42,077 nt of DNA from Nemertoderma westbladi (lineage: Eukaryota > Animalia > Xenacoelomorpha). The notes under the pieces are model-generated. The model was not told the origin of the DNA and made no database searches. It saw nothing but the letters and a program-made list of their open reading frames with translations. This document shows positions 12,601-24,974 of this stretch, in pieces (within the stretch, counting starts at the first letter, position 1; every line of letters begins with the position of its first letter). The DNA is taken from NCBI GenBank assembly GCA_032718475.1, contig JAUCBJ010008051.1, positions 1 through 42,077 of the forward strand, in the 5' to 3' direction. A program made the translations under genes and the position numbers.

Positions 12601-14545
12601 GGCCTATCGGCCGGCGTGAGATTGTTGTGAGTGGGATGGAAGGAATGGGGCGGGAATGGGCCTATCGGCCGGCGTGAGATTGTTGTGAGTGGGATGGAAG
12701 GAATGGGGCGGGAATGGGCCTATCGGCCGGCGTGAGATTGTTGTGAGTGGGATGGAAGGAATGGGGCGGGAATGGGCCTATCGGCCGGCGTGAGATTGTT
12801 GTGAGTGGGATGGAAGGAATGGGGCGGGAATGGGCCTATCGGCCGGCGTGAGATTGTTGTGAGTGGGATGGAAGGAATGGGGCGGGAATGGGCCTATCGG
12901 CCGGCGTGAGATTGTTGTGAGTGGGATGGAAGGAATGGGGCGGGAATGGGCCTATCAGCCGGCGTGAGATCGTTGTGAGTGGGATGGAAGGAATGGGGCG
13001 GGAATGGGCCTATCGGCCGGCGTGAGATTGTTGTGAGTGGGATGGAAGGAATGGGGCGGGAATGGGCCTATCGGCCGGCGTGAGATTGTTGTGAGTGGGA
13101 TGGAAGGAATGGGGCGGGAATGGGCCTATCGGCCGGCGTGAGATTGTTGTGAGTGGGATGGAAGGAATGGGGCGGGAATGGGCCTATCGGCCGGCGTGAG
13201 ATTGTTGTGAGTGGGATGGAAGGAATGGGGCGGGAATGGGCCTATCGGCCGGCGTGAGATTGTTGTGAGTGGGATGGAAGGAATGGGGCGGGAATGGGCC
13301 TATCGGCCGGCGTGAGATTGTTGTGAGTGGGATGGCGCCCCCTATCGGCCGGCGTGAGATTGTTGTGAGTGGGATGGAAGGAATGGGGCGGGAATGGGCC
13401 TATCGGCCGGCGTGAGATTGTTGTGAGTGGGATGGAAGGAATGGGGCGGGAATGGGCCTATCGGCCGGCGTGAGATTGTTGTGAGTGGGATGGAAGGAAT
13501 GGGGCGGGAATGGGCCTATCGGCCGGCGTGAGATTGTTGTGAGTGGGATGGAAGGAATGGGGCGGGAATGGGCCTATCGGCCGGCGTGAGATTGTTGTGA
13601 GTGGGATGGAAGGAATGGGGCGGGAATGGGCCTATCGGCCGGCGTGAGATTGTTGTGAGTGGGATGGAAGGAATGGGGCGGGAATGGGCCTATCGGCCGG
13701 CGTGAGATTGTTGTGAGTGGGATGGCGCCCCCTATCGGCCGGCGTGAGATTGTTGTGAGTGGGATGGAAGGAATGGGGCGGGAATGGGCCTATCGGCCGG
13801 CGTGAGATTGTTGTGAGTGGGATGGAAGGAATGGGGCGGGAATGGGCCTATCGGCCGGCGTGAGATTGTTGTGAGTGGGATGGAAGGAATGGGGCGGGAA
13901 TGGGCCTATCGGCCGGCGTGAGATTGTTGTGAGTGGGATGGAAGGAATGGGGCGGGAATGGGCCTATCGGCCGGCGTGAGATTGTTGTGAGTGGGATGGC
14001 GCCCCCTATCGGCCGGCGTGAGATTGTTGTGAGTGGGATGGAAGGAATGGGGCGGGAATGGGCCTATCGGCCGGCGTGAGATTGTTGTGAGTGGGATGGA
14101 AGGAATGGGGCGGGAATGGGCCTATCGGCCGGCGTGAGATTGTTGTGAGTGGGATGGAAGGAATGGGGCGGGAATGGGCCTATCGGCCGGCGTGAGATTG
14201 TTGTGAGTGGGATGGAAGGAATGGGGCGGGAATGGGCCTATCGGCCGGCGTGAGATTGTTGTGAGTGGGATGGAAGGAATGGGGCGGGAATGGGCCTATC
14301 GGCCGGCGTGAGATTGTTGTGAGTGGGATGGAAGGAATGGGGCGGGAATGGGCCTATCGGCCGGCGTGAGATTGTTGTGAGTGGGATGGCGCCCCCTATC
14401 GGCCGGCGTGAGATTGTTGTGAGTGGGATGGAAGGAATGGGGCGGGAATGGGCCTATCGGCCGGCGTGAGATTGTTGTGAGTGGGATGGAAGGAATGGGG
14501 CGGGAATGGGCCTATTTTTGGCGCCCCCTATCGGCCGGCGTGGGA
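6615..14545 (+). repeat. 58-bp G-rich satellite array (~7.9 kb): 132 full units, five 42-bp variants and a terminal ancestral-like unit
   Basis: Unit GTGGGATGGAAGGAATGGGGCGGGAATGGGCCTATCGGCCGGCGTGAGATTGTTGTGA, nearly invariant. The 42-bp variants start at 12241, 13327, 13717, 13991 and 14381. Confidence 0.98.
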
Positions 14546-15394
14546 TTTAAACAATTTCGCTAAAAAGAACTACTCCTCCGTTATTTTCTATTTCTGATTG
14601 GCAATTTTGTAAAAAAAAAACCTACGTTTTTTCCTAATTTTTCATTAAAAAAATAGGAAAATATTATGAAATCAAGAACACTGACCGAAATTTATTGAAG
14701 CTTATGAATTTACCTTTCATATAAATCAAAAAGTATTGCATAAAACGGCTAAGAATGTCGGAGTCGTATTTTTCGTGCGAAAAAATGTCATTGAAACAAT
14801 CGCCTTCAAAATTCTAACCTTCCCGCGCAAAACTTCTGTAGGCCCCTACCTGTACGGGTCTGGTTGGTTAATAGTGTCTGACAGGAAAGAAGCACACCAC
14901 CGAGCTAAAATTATATTTATGGGGGTTTTCGGGGTCGTTAATTTCATTTCCGATGTCAGTTTTTATATTTGGAGAATCTAGTCTGTCCGTCGGTCGGTTG
15001 TCTGTATATTTTGACAGACTGATTGGCAGACAGATATTTCTCGAGAACTAAAAGAGGTCTCTCCTAGCCGTTTTCAGATTTGAAATCCACATTATATTCT
15101 GCTCTAGATTTAATAACAATTGAATTATTGAATCCAATTCCAATTATTGAATTTCGGAATGTTTCCGGTAACGGTTAATAAATTATTGGGGCAATATGTC
15201 ATATAGTCTAACGGGGGAAAATCATGGAAATGTTAAAACATTCGAGTTAAAACAGAGACCTGATTTTCTTAATCCCGGTGAACCAGAGACCTACCCGAAA
15301 TTAATTATTTTGAAAAATACCTGAGACCAGAGCCAGAGATCAGATACTTTGCTTATTTTTATCTAGAGCGGATAGGATAGAGATATTTTTACAA

Positions 15395-15655
15395 GTGACC
15401 CACTGAGAAACAATTAATAAAATTAATTAATTAATATTTCCAGCAATATAATATTTCCAGCAATATTTCGGCCACAGGCCTTTTACTAGCTGTAGGGTAA
15501 ATGTTTCAAACAGAAATTATATCGGTACAGCAAAAGCACAAACAGTACGCACTACTACTGACTTTACCCTTGTAGAGCTAGTAAAAGGCCTGTGGCCGAA
15601 ATATTGCTGGAAATATTAATTAATTAATTTTATTAATTGTTTCTCAGTGGGTCAC
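15395..15655. mobile_element. Foldback MITE with ~80-bp inverted arms
   Basis: GTGACCCACTGAGAAACAATTAATAAAATT...GGCCTTTTACTAGCT is mirrored at ~15576-15655. The left arm has a 17-bp internal duplication. Confidence 0.75.
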
Positions 15656-15845
15656 AGATAACTATGATACCTCCAGAGACCAGGGCGCGCTCTACATTTC
15701 AGAACTTTGCTTATTTTTGTACAAATAGACGTACGTATACGTTTTGAACTGAGAACTAATTGTCTCTGGTTGAATTACAGTAAATCCATATATCAGCATT
15801 CAACCCTCACCCTATGGAAAAACTAAGCGCAAGTACATTTTGGTA

Positions 15846-16060
15846 ATTAGGAGCCCGCTTGACAGCGGGATACTTACTGTAAAAATCTCAGGATACATTA
15901 CACTGACTGACTGACTGACATACTGACTGATAATTATCTAGGTTATTAGGAGCCCGCTTGACAGCGGGATACTTACTGTAAGAATCTCACGGATACTTTC
16001 TGTAAAAATCTCAGGATACATTACACTGACTGACATACTGACTGATAATTATCTAGGTTA
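15846..16060 (+). repeat. ~100-bp tandem duplication with (CTGA)n
   Basis: ATTAGGAGCCCGCTTGACAGCGGGATACTTACTGTAA...GATAATTATCTAGGTTA occurs twice. Confidence 0.85.
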
Positions 16061-18334
16061 AGGCACTTCCTGCCTGGCGATTTTGATGAAATTTTGCAAG
16101 TACATTGCTTTGGTGGTTCATAATCGCGTTACAAAATTTCAGATCGATTCTATGTGTGGTATTCGATATATTTAGTTTTTTGACATTGTTTATTAAAAGC
16201 AATGGTAAAATAACAGCTGGTGTTCATGATGAAATATGGCTTAATATGTTATACACAGTCATAGAAAAACGTGTTGGTTGTCAAGTTTTACTAGTAGGCT
16301 ATAAGGAAAGGCAATGTTTACTCACACATAAGCTGTTGGTTTCTAATGTATTACCCCATAAGCTGATTGCTCTCCCAGTGCTTCCTAAGGGTATATCTAC
16401 AATAAGGTTACTCACTCTGCTATGTTAGGGGGTGGATCAGGAGAATGAATTTTAGTTACACAAAGCAGTGTGTTGTGTCCTATTGCAGTTGTTACTCACT
16501 GTGGATTGCAAAATGTTTTATAGTTGACCTACACTATAATACAGTAGTTGCATGTATTTAAGGAGCCCGCTCTGGCCTACCGCCTAAGGAGTACCTATAT
16601 TACATATTCACATAGAATTCACTGGGAAGAGATATTCCGCTTGACGACGGGGTAATACCTATAGAAGGAAACTAAATTTGTTATTTGGCTCTATTCGTTG
16701 TTATTTATCTGGTTGTGCATCATGGGCATTTTTTATAAATATTCGGTAATCGCATCTTATATCTTGTAAACGTGCTTGATAATGAAATTATTTGCTTCAT
16801 ATTATATTTTTGTTAGTGGTAGCTAAGTTGCATTTCTTATTATGTGGGACAAGCCACAGCCACAAAGTCAGCTAGCCTCACGCCTTGCAGTTTAGACAAT
16901 TTTAGTTTACTTTCTGCTGACTGACATAGTTCTTTGTAATAGTCTTGGCTAGGATTTTTCCCCCGGGCTCCTTCCAGCCAGCTTGCTGGCTTTCTAGTTA
17001 GAAAAGGCACTTATATTCATTCCATAATATATCTTACGCTATAAACTTAGTCATTTACGAATAGTTAGCGGTAGTGTACAGGTGTGGTACTCTGCTCGCC
17101 CCCTTTACCTCGTTACGCTCGTTCTCTTAATTTGGTTGCCTTAATATACTTCCTACAAGGTAAAAATAGCTCAATCTTTACTTTTACTTTTAAACTTTAT
17201 GGGTGCTCAAAGTAAGCACCCTTATCATTATATTAGACCCGTCGTTTGGTGCTAATTTATCTTAATTAAACGCACCTTAAATTTATTAAATAGATTACCA
17301 GTACATTAAGTATGAGTCATTATTAAAAATAATGTAAAAGTAATTATATAATTTTGTTGTTTTAAGCGGAGTATTAAAAATAGTTAAAAATTAAAGAAGT
17401 TATTTATATAGTAAAAAATAATTGAGAAAAAAAAAATCTTATTTATGAATTTTATATTGTACAAGACAAACATATATTTAATTTAAAATATCTCTGATCT
17501 CTGGGTAAAATGTCTGTTTTCAATACCCGGGAACCAGAGACCTATCCAGAAACCAAAACATTGCCCGGAGAATCCAGAGATCAGCGACAGTCTCTGTATC
17601 AACTCTATAAAACATGATTAGTGACATATTATTTCCGCATCAAAAATATTTTTTTATTGATTAATAATGAAAAATAGAAAAAGCGGCGGACTTTTAAAGT
17701 TCCTACTTAATTAATAGATCCAAGTATAATTTCAAGTTCCGTTATTATTACCACCACAACTGTCACTCATTTGGCACATTTTTATAAAACATAATTAGAT
17801 AGAGAACCATAACAACACAATTTAATCGTCATCAGAGTCTGCGAATTTAATACCATGACAACCAGTATCTATGTGACCTCCTTTATAACTACCTCGCTTC
17901 TTTTTAGTTTTTTCGTGACGAAAGTTTTTCCCGGAAACGACCTGTGACACAAAAAAAAACATTACTATGGCAACGGGGGACCGATAAACCGATACCAAAC
18001 CCATTAGTAACAGACTGGAGAGACAGACAGACTGGACAGACCCCCCGTTATACACATAGACACACCATTTAGACTTACCTTTAGGTCGTAGTAAGCTTTC
18101 TCTCCCCAGGACCCCACTGCTCCAGACTTGGCGGAGAAACAATTATCCTGTAGATTTGCAGGTATCAAACCAACGGCATCGTTATTCACCCTCCTGAATA
18201 AAGTAAATAAATATATTGTGTGATGGATGATATTACATTGTATAACCAAACTACAGAACCTTTTATTGTAGTTGTTGTATTAAATAGGAACCATTAAAAC
18301 AATATATTTATTTATTATTGTTGTTGTTGTTGTT

Positions 18335-18410
18335 GGTAGCTCCACTCGGAAAAGCGCCAGAGTGACAATTCAACAGTGCCGTACTGGGTTCGATCCTGGA
18401 TCAGGTCTTT
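18335..18410 (+). mobile_element. Degenerate tRNA-derived SINE head (second copy at ~26212-26285)
   Basis: A-box-like GGTAGCTCCACTCGG and B-box GGTTCGATCC. No intact cloverleaf. Confidence 0.45.
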
Positions 18411-18971
18411 TGTGTATTTTAGTTTTTAAAGTCTAGGCGGTTTCTTTTACAGTCTAGTTACACTTTTCTAGTTATTACTAGGCCTATTATATCGTGACCA
18501 AAGAGCCAGAACAACACTCACCAAAAAATGTGGTTTCGAGAAAAATGCAAAAAACCTTCTCATTTCCCTCTATATGGATCCCGTCTCCTAATTTTTTAGG
18601 CGGTTTCTTTTACAGTCTAGTTACACTTTTCTAGTTATTACTAGGCCTATTATATACGTGGCAGCGAGTTAGGTAGCAACTTCATAAATTGATATATTAT
18701 TTTGAAGGTGTCAACGTATATCCCCACAAACTCGGATTGTCGTTTATTTACTTATTATATATTTTTGTATCAACAAGGAAACTGGGTGCAAAGTTCCAAG
18801 TTCGAGCCCGTGTTAATGCAAGACGATGAAAGATTTAAAATGTAAATATTTTAATATAATTTTATTCCCTAACTCTCCAACCAAATCTTAAGAATAGGTT
18901 ACCTTGGAAACAACACGATAAAAATTCCAGAATTTATTGCAATTCTTTAACCCTAATCATCATACACCTAA

Positions 18972-19188
18972 AGGCCATGATATACCACAGGAGCGGCGAG
19001 CGGCAGCGGCGGGCGGCCGCGGCGAGCGGCCGATGTGAGCGGCGACTTTTAGTATGATACACTATAGGAGCGGCGAGCGGCAGCAGCCATTTGTGGTGTA
19101 TCATCACCCATAGAAAATAATGTGTTCTATTTTTAAAAAGTGGCCGCTTGCCGCGGCCGCTCGCTGCTCCTGTGGTGTATCATGGCCT
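18972..19188. mobile_element. PIF/Harbinger-type MITE with TAA TSD
   Basis: TAA|AGGCCATGATATACCACAGGAGCGGCGAGCGGC ... GCCGCTCGCTGCTCCTGTGGTGTATCATGGCCT|TAA. Confidence 0.8.
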
Positions 19189-19465
19189 TAAGCAAAGCAG
19201 CATATAAGAAGTTTCTAAGGAAATATTACTGTAAATATGTAACTTATATTTAAGTAATGATTTAATTTATAATTTGATAATTTAATTTATTGAAGTACAC
19301 TTGTTAAGTTTCTTAAAATTCTTTTTTAACAACACTAGAGCTAAACCATATAAGCATAGCGAACAAAAAAATAATATATAGCCCAGCAAGTGAAATATAA
19401 CTAAGTACTTTTTAAATCTGCTTATAAAAGTGTTAAATAAAAAATCTCAGAATGGGTGAATATTA

Positions 19466-19702
19466 TGCAAAAGTAGCTCAGTTGGTTAAGCGCTGGGCCT
19501 GCAATCTATTGGTTGCAGGTTCAGCCCCGCCAGGGTCCACTCAGCCTTTCATCCACTGGGGTCGATAAAATGTGTACCAGTTAAATAACTGGGAGCAAAT
19601 CTTGGGATAGGAGTAGCGCCCACCCCTACCCTCGGGTAGCAGCTATCGAAAGAGGAGCCTTCCGGTCGCCTCCGGCTTCGGACGACTGTTTGCTTGCTTG
19701 CC
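19466..19702 (+). mobile_element. tRNA-derived SINE in an intron of copy A
   Basis: A box TAGCTCAGTTGG and B-box-like GGTTCAGCCC. Central CACTCAGCCTTTCATCC...GGGGTCGATAAAATG.GTACCAG resembles conserved invertebrate SINE cores. (GCTT)n tail. Confidence 0.8.
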
Positions 19703-22700
19703 TCTGTTAGCAAAAAAAAACTGTATTGTTAGGGACCATCAAATTCACAACTGGCACATTTTCAGAGGATAAACCGATGGAATATCGCTATTTTTTGAGC
19801 ACCCTGATAAAAACATAATACAATATAGGGCCTACCAAGCAATAAATTATAGAGTAAAACTCTTTTTGAACACACCCCACGCGTATCAGAATTCCTATAC
19901 CGTATACTATAGATTGGTTTTTAAAGTTTATATCGAACAAAAATTAACGAGGCATAAAAAAAACTAACCTAAATGGTTTGTTTGGTTTATTTTTTCGATG
20001 TTTATCCTTCGCAACATCGATGGAGTTATTGTTAGAGACAAAGGATGTTCCTGGAGAGTTCACCAACTGTCCGTGAATCTCGTCGTTCCCGTTAACAACC
20101 AGCGAATCGCCGAGGGATATCGCGCCGTTAATCGCCCTGGGAACGGGACGCAACGGAGTCGAAGTCAACCCACCGCCAACCAGGTTATTCCGACGTCGTT
20201 CAATTTCATCGCATTTCTTAGCTGCCGACATTTATTGAACTTAGAACGCTTTCTAGGCACCGCTGATCCACTATCAACATTTATATTACTGGTCTTCAAT
20301 TTTTTTAATGATGTGCTGGTACGATTGGGAGAGCTAAGTATGGTGGAGTTATTCCCCGACGTATTAGATTCTTTCAACATTTGTAGTCCATCTCCACATG
20401 TGTCTGAAGTAGATCCAACTTTGGTACATTTAGTAGGTGCAGCAAGTGTTTTAGTCACTGGAGTTCCTTTGACTGCTGGGATTTTAACTTTCTTGTTTGG
20501 TACATCATCTTCATCTGAGCAACTATCTGACTCGCTAGATTCTTTAGAAGTTTGTTGTTTAGATTTGGATGGGGCAGGACAAACTTTGGTACCTTTAGGA
20601 GGTGCAACAAGTGTCTTAGTCACTGGAGTTCCTTTGACTGCTGGGATTTTAACTTTCTTGTTTGGTACATCATCTTCATCTGAGCTACTATCTGACTCGC
20701 TAGATTCTTTAGAAGTTTGTTGTTTTGATTTGGATGCGGTAGAACTAGCTTTGGTACATTTAGTAGGTGCAGCAAGTGTTTTAGTAACTGGAGTTCCTTT
20801 GACTGCAGGGAGTTTAATTTTCTTGTTTGGATCATCCTCTTCATCGGAGCTACTATCTGACTCACTAGATTCTTTAGAAGTTTGTTGTTTTGATTTGGAT
20901 GCGGTAGAACAATCTTCGGTACATTTAGTAGGTGCAGCAAGTGTTTTAGTAACTGGAGATCCTTTGACTGCTGGGATTTTAACTTTCTTGTTTGGATCAT
21001 CCTCTTCATCTGAGCTACTATCTGACTCACTAGATTCTTTAGAAGTTTGTTGTTTTGATTTGGATGCGGTAGAACTAACTTTGGTACATTTAGTAGGTGC
21101 AGCAAGTGTTTTAGTAACTGGAGATCCTTTGACTGCTGGGATTTTAACTTTCTTGTTTGGTACATCATCTTCATCTTCATCTGAGCTACTATCTGACTCA
21201 CTAGATTCTTTATAAGTTCGTGGTTTAGATTTGGATGCGGTAGAACTAACTTTGGTACCTTTAGTAGGTGCACCAAGTGTTTTAGTCACTGGAGTTCCTT
21301 TGACTGCTGGGATTTTAACTTTCTTGTTCGGTACATCATCTTCATCGGAGCTACTATCTGACTCACTAGATTCTTTAGAAGTTTGTTGTTTAGATTTGGA
21401 TGGGGTAGAACTACCTTTGGTACATTTAGTAGGTGCAGCAAGTGTTTTAGTAACTGGAGTTCCTTTGACTGCAGGAATTTTAACTTTCTTGTTTGGATCA
21501 TCCTCTTCATCGGAGCTACTATCTGACTCACTAGATTCGTTAGAAGTTTGTTGTTTAGATTTGGATGGGGTAGAACTACCTTTGGTACATTTAGTAGGTG
21601 CAGCAAGTGTTTTAGTAACTGGAGTTCCTTTGATTGCAGGGATTTTAACTTTCTTGTTTGGATCATCCTCTTCATCGGAGCTACTATCTGACTCACTAGA
21701 TTCGTTAGAAGTTTGTTGTTTTGATTTGGATGCGGTAGAACTAACTTTGGTACATTTAGTAGGTGCAACAAGTGTTTTAGTCACTGGAGTTCCTTTGACT
21801 GCAGGGATTTTAACTTTCTTGTTCGGTACATCCTCTTCATCGGAGCTACTATCTGACTCACTAGATTCGTTAGAAGTTTGTTGTTTAGATTTGGATGGGG
21901 TAGAACTACCTTTGGTACATTTAGTAGGTGCAACAAGTGTTTTAGTCACTGGAGTTCCTTTGACTGCAGGAATTTTAACTTTCTTGTTCGGTACATCATC
22001 TTCATCGGAGCTACTATCTGACTCACTAGATACTTTATAAGTTTGTGGTTTAGATTTGGATGCGGTAGAACTAACTTTGGTACCTTTAGTAGGTGCACCA
22101 AGTGTTTTAGTCACTGGAGTTCCTTTGACTGCTGGGATTTTAACTTTCTTGTTCGGTACATCATCTTCATCGGAGCTACTATCTGACTCACTAGATTCTT
22201 TAGAAGTTTGTTGTTTAGATTTGGATGGGGTAGAACTACCTTTGGTACATTTAGTAGGTGCAGCAAGTGTTTTAGTAACTGGAGTTCCTTTGATTGCAGG
22301 GATTTTAACTTTCTTGTTTGGATCATCCTCTTCATCGGAGCTACTATCTGACTCACTAGATTCGTTAGAAGTTTGTTGTTTAGATTTGGATGGGGTAGAA
22401 CTACCTTTGGTACATTTAGTAGGTGCAACAAGTGTTTTAGTCACTGGAGTTCCTTTGACTGCAGGAATTTTAACTTTCTTGTTCGGTACATCATCTTCAT
22501 CGGAGCTACTATCTGACTCACTAGATTCTTTATAAGTTCGTGGTTTAGATTTGGATGCGGTAGAACTAACTTTGGTACCTTTAGTAGGTGCAACAAGTGT
22601 TTTAGTCACTGGAGTTCCTTTGACTGCAGGGATTTTAACTTTCTTGTTTGGATCATCCTCTTCATCGGAGCTACTATCTGACTCACTAGATTCTTTATAA

Positions 22701-24556
22701 GTTCGTGGTTTAGATTTGGATGCGGTAGAACTAACTTTGGTACCTTTAGTAGGTGCAACAAGTGTTTTAGTCACTGGAGTTCCTTTGACTGCAGGAATTT
22801 TAACTTTCTTGTTCGGTACATCATCTTCATCGGAGCTACTATCTGACTCACTAGATTCTTTATAAGTTCGTGGTTTAGATTTGGATGCGGTAGAACTAAC
22901 TTTGGTACCTTTAGTAGGTGCAACAAGTGTTTTAGTCACTGGAGTTCCTTTGACTGCAGGGATTTTAACTTTCTTGTTTGGATCATCCTCTTCATCGGAG
23001 CTACTATCTGACTCACTAGATTCTTTATAAGTTCGTGGTTTAGATTTGGATGCGGTAGAACTAACTTTGGTACCTTTAGTAGGTGCAACAAGTGTTTTAG
23101 TCACTGGAGTTCCTTTGACTGCAGGGATTTTAACTTTCTTGTTTGGATCATCCTCTTCATCGGAGCTACTATCTGACTCACTAGATTCGTTAGAAGTTTG
23201 TTGTTTAGATTTGGATGGGGTAGAACTACCTTTGGTACATTTAGTAGGTGCAACAAGTGTTTTAGTCACTGGAGTTCCTTTGACTGCAGGAATTTTAACT
23301 TTCTTGTTCGGTACATCATCTTCATCGGAGCTACTATCTGACTCACTAGATTCTTTATAAGTTCGTGGTTTAGATTTGGATGCGGTAGAACTAACTTTGG
23401 TACCTTTAGTAGGTGCAACAAGTGTTTTAGTCACTGGAGTTCCTTTGACTGCAGGGATTTTAACTTTCTTGTTTGGATCATCCTCTTCATCGGAGCTACT
23501 ATCTGACTCACTAGATTCTTTATAAGTTCGTGGTTTAGATTTGGATGCGGTAGAACTAACTTTGGTACCTTTAGTAGGTGCAACAAGTGTTTTAGTCACT
23601 GGAGTTCCTTTGACTGCAGGGATTTTAACTTTCTTGTTCGGTACATCATCTTCATCGGAGCTACTATCTGACTCACTAGATCCTTTATAAGTTTGTTGTT
23701 TAGATTTGGATGCGGTAGAACTAACTTTGGTACCTTTAGTAGGTGCAGCAAGTGTTTTAGTAACTGGAGTTCCTTTGACTGCAAGGATGTTAACTTTCTT
23801 GCTTGGTACATCATCTTCATCTGAGCTACTATCTGACTCACTAGATTCTTTATAAGTTTGTTGTTTAGATTTGGATGCGGTAGAACTAACTTTGGTACCT
23901 TTAGTAGGTGCAGCAAGTGTTTTAGTCACTGGAGTTCCTTTGACTGCTGGGATTTTAACTTTCTTGCTTGGTACATCATCTTCATCTGAGCTACTATCTG
24001 ACTCACTGGATTCTTTATAAGTTTGTTGTTTAGATTTGGATGCGGTAGAACTAACTTTGGTACCTTTAGTAGGTGCAGCAAGTGTTTTAGTAACTGGAGT
24101 TCCTTTGACTGCAGGGATTTTAACTTTCTTGTTTGGTACATCATCTTCATCTGAGCTACTATCTGACTCACTAGATTCTTTATAAGTTTGTTGTTTAGAT
24201 TTGGATGGGGTAGAACTAGCTTTGGTACATTTAGTAGGTGCAGCAAGTGTTTTAGTAACTGGAGTTCCTGTGACTGCAGGGATTTTAATTTTCTTGTTTG
24301 GATCATCCTCTTCATCGGAGCTACTATCTGACTCACTAGATTCTTTAGAAGTTTGTTGTTTAGATTTGGATGCGGTAGAACTAACTTTGGTACCTTTAGT
24401 AGGTGCAGCAAGTGTTTAAGTAACTGGAGTTCCTTTGACTGCAGGGATTTTAACTTTCTTGTTTGGTACATCATCTTCATCTTCATCTGAGCTACTATCT
24501 GACTCACTGGATTCTTTATAAGTTTGTTGTTTAGATTTGGATGGGGCAGGACAAAC

Positions 24557-24974
24557 AAAGTGAATTAAAAATTTTGTGTTCTAATTGAAAAGCGCTGGTT
24601 ACTTGTTTTTTTCATTTTTTTCCAACGCATAGAGGACTAAACAGCCATTTATGGTAATCATATCATTTTTAAATATTTTCCAATGTATTTTGCGCCCCAG
24701 AAAACCTGTATTGAAAAACAATTAGCCGAAAAATGTAACTTTCAAATTTTGTGAAAATTGTGCACTACTTGTAATTTTGGTGCTGCAATATTACCACCCC
24801 AGTACATTTTTTCGAAAATTTTTTTTCGGTCGGAACCAGACTAGTGATACCTACGTACAAACAAAAAATCAGAAGTTTTCGTTATTATTTGTAGATTTTA
24901 GAGGGATGGGTCAATATGACCCCCCCCCCCCCCCCGGTATTTGTACAGCATTTTATAGCCCGGTACTAATAGGG
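24557..24974. mobile_element. Truncated piggyBac-like element end at the duplication junction
   Basis: Ends ...ACTAATAGGG|TTAA (24975-24978). The homologous site in copy A (17141-17144) is a bare TTAA. Confidence 0.7.

Larger units (their letters stand above)
17141..24556. repeat. Segmental tandem duplication, copy A (paralogous to copy B starting at 24975)
   Basis: 17141-20420 aligns by eye to 24975-28230, including introns, SINEs, the MITE and exons. Both copies then continue into the 165-bp array. Confidence 0.95.
17822..24556 (-). pseudogene. NOLC1: Nopp140/NOLC1-like duplicate, 5'-truncated (exons 24556-19969, 18193-18079, 17941-17822)
   Basis: About 25 repeats. The array is broken at 24556. 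In-frame TAA at 24418-24416 (AAA>TAA). A 64-bp deletion at ~20231 relative to copy B frameshifts to a stop at 20165. The SRP40_C exons and their GT/AG sites are intact. Confidence 0.85.

Noticed and set aside
6615-14515. Telomeric repeat or rDNA intergenic spacer
   Set aside because: No short telomeric unit and no rRNA sequence in the window.
18800-18965. Intronic box C/D snoRNA (ATGATGA on the minus strand)
   Set aside because: No CTGA D box or terminal stem at a suitable distance.
19466-19540. Functional tRNA (GCA anticodon-like loop); also at ~27172
   Set aside because: Acceptor and anticodon stems do not pair, and the sequence continues into a SINE body.
20165-23929. 1254-aa ORF as an intact gene
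   Set aside because: It starts at GTG in mid-repeat, has an upstream nonsense codon and truncation, and its end is frameshifted.
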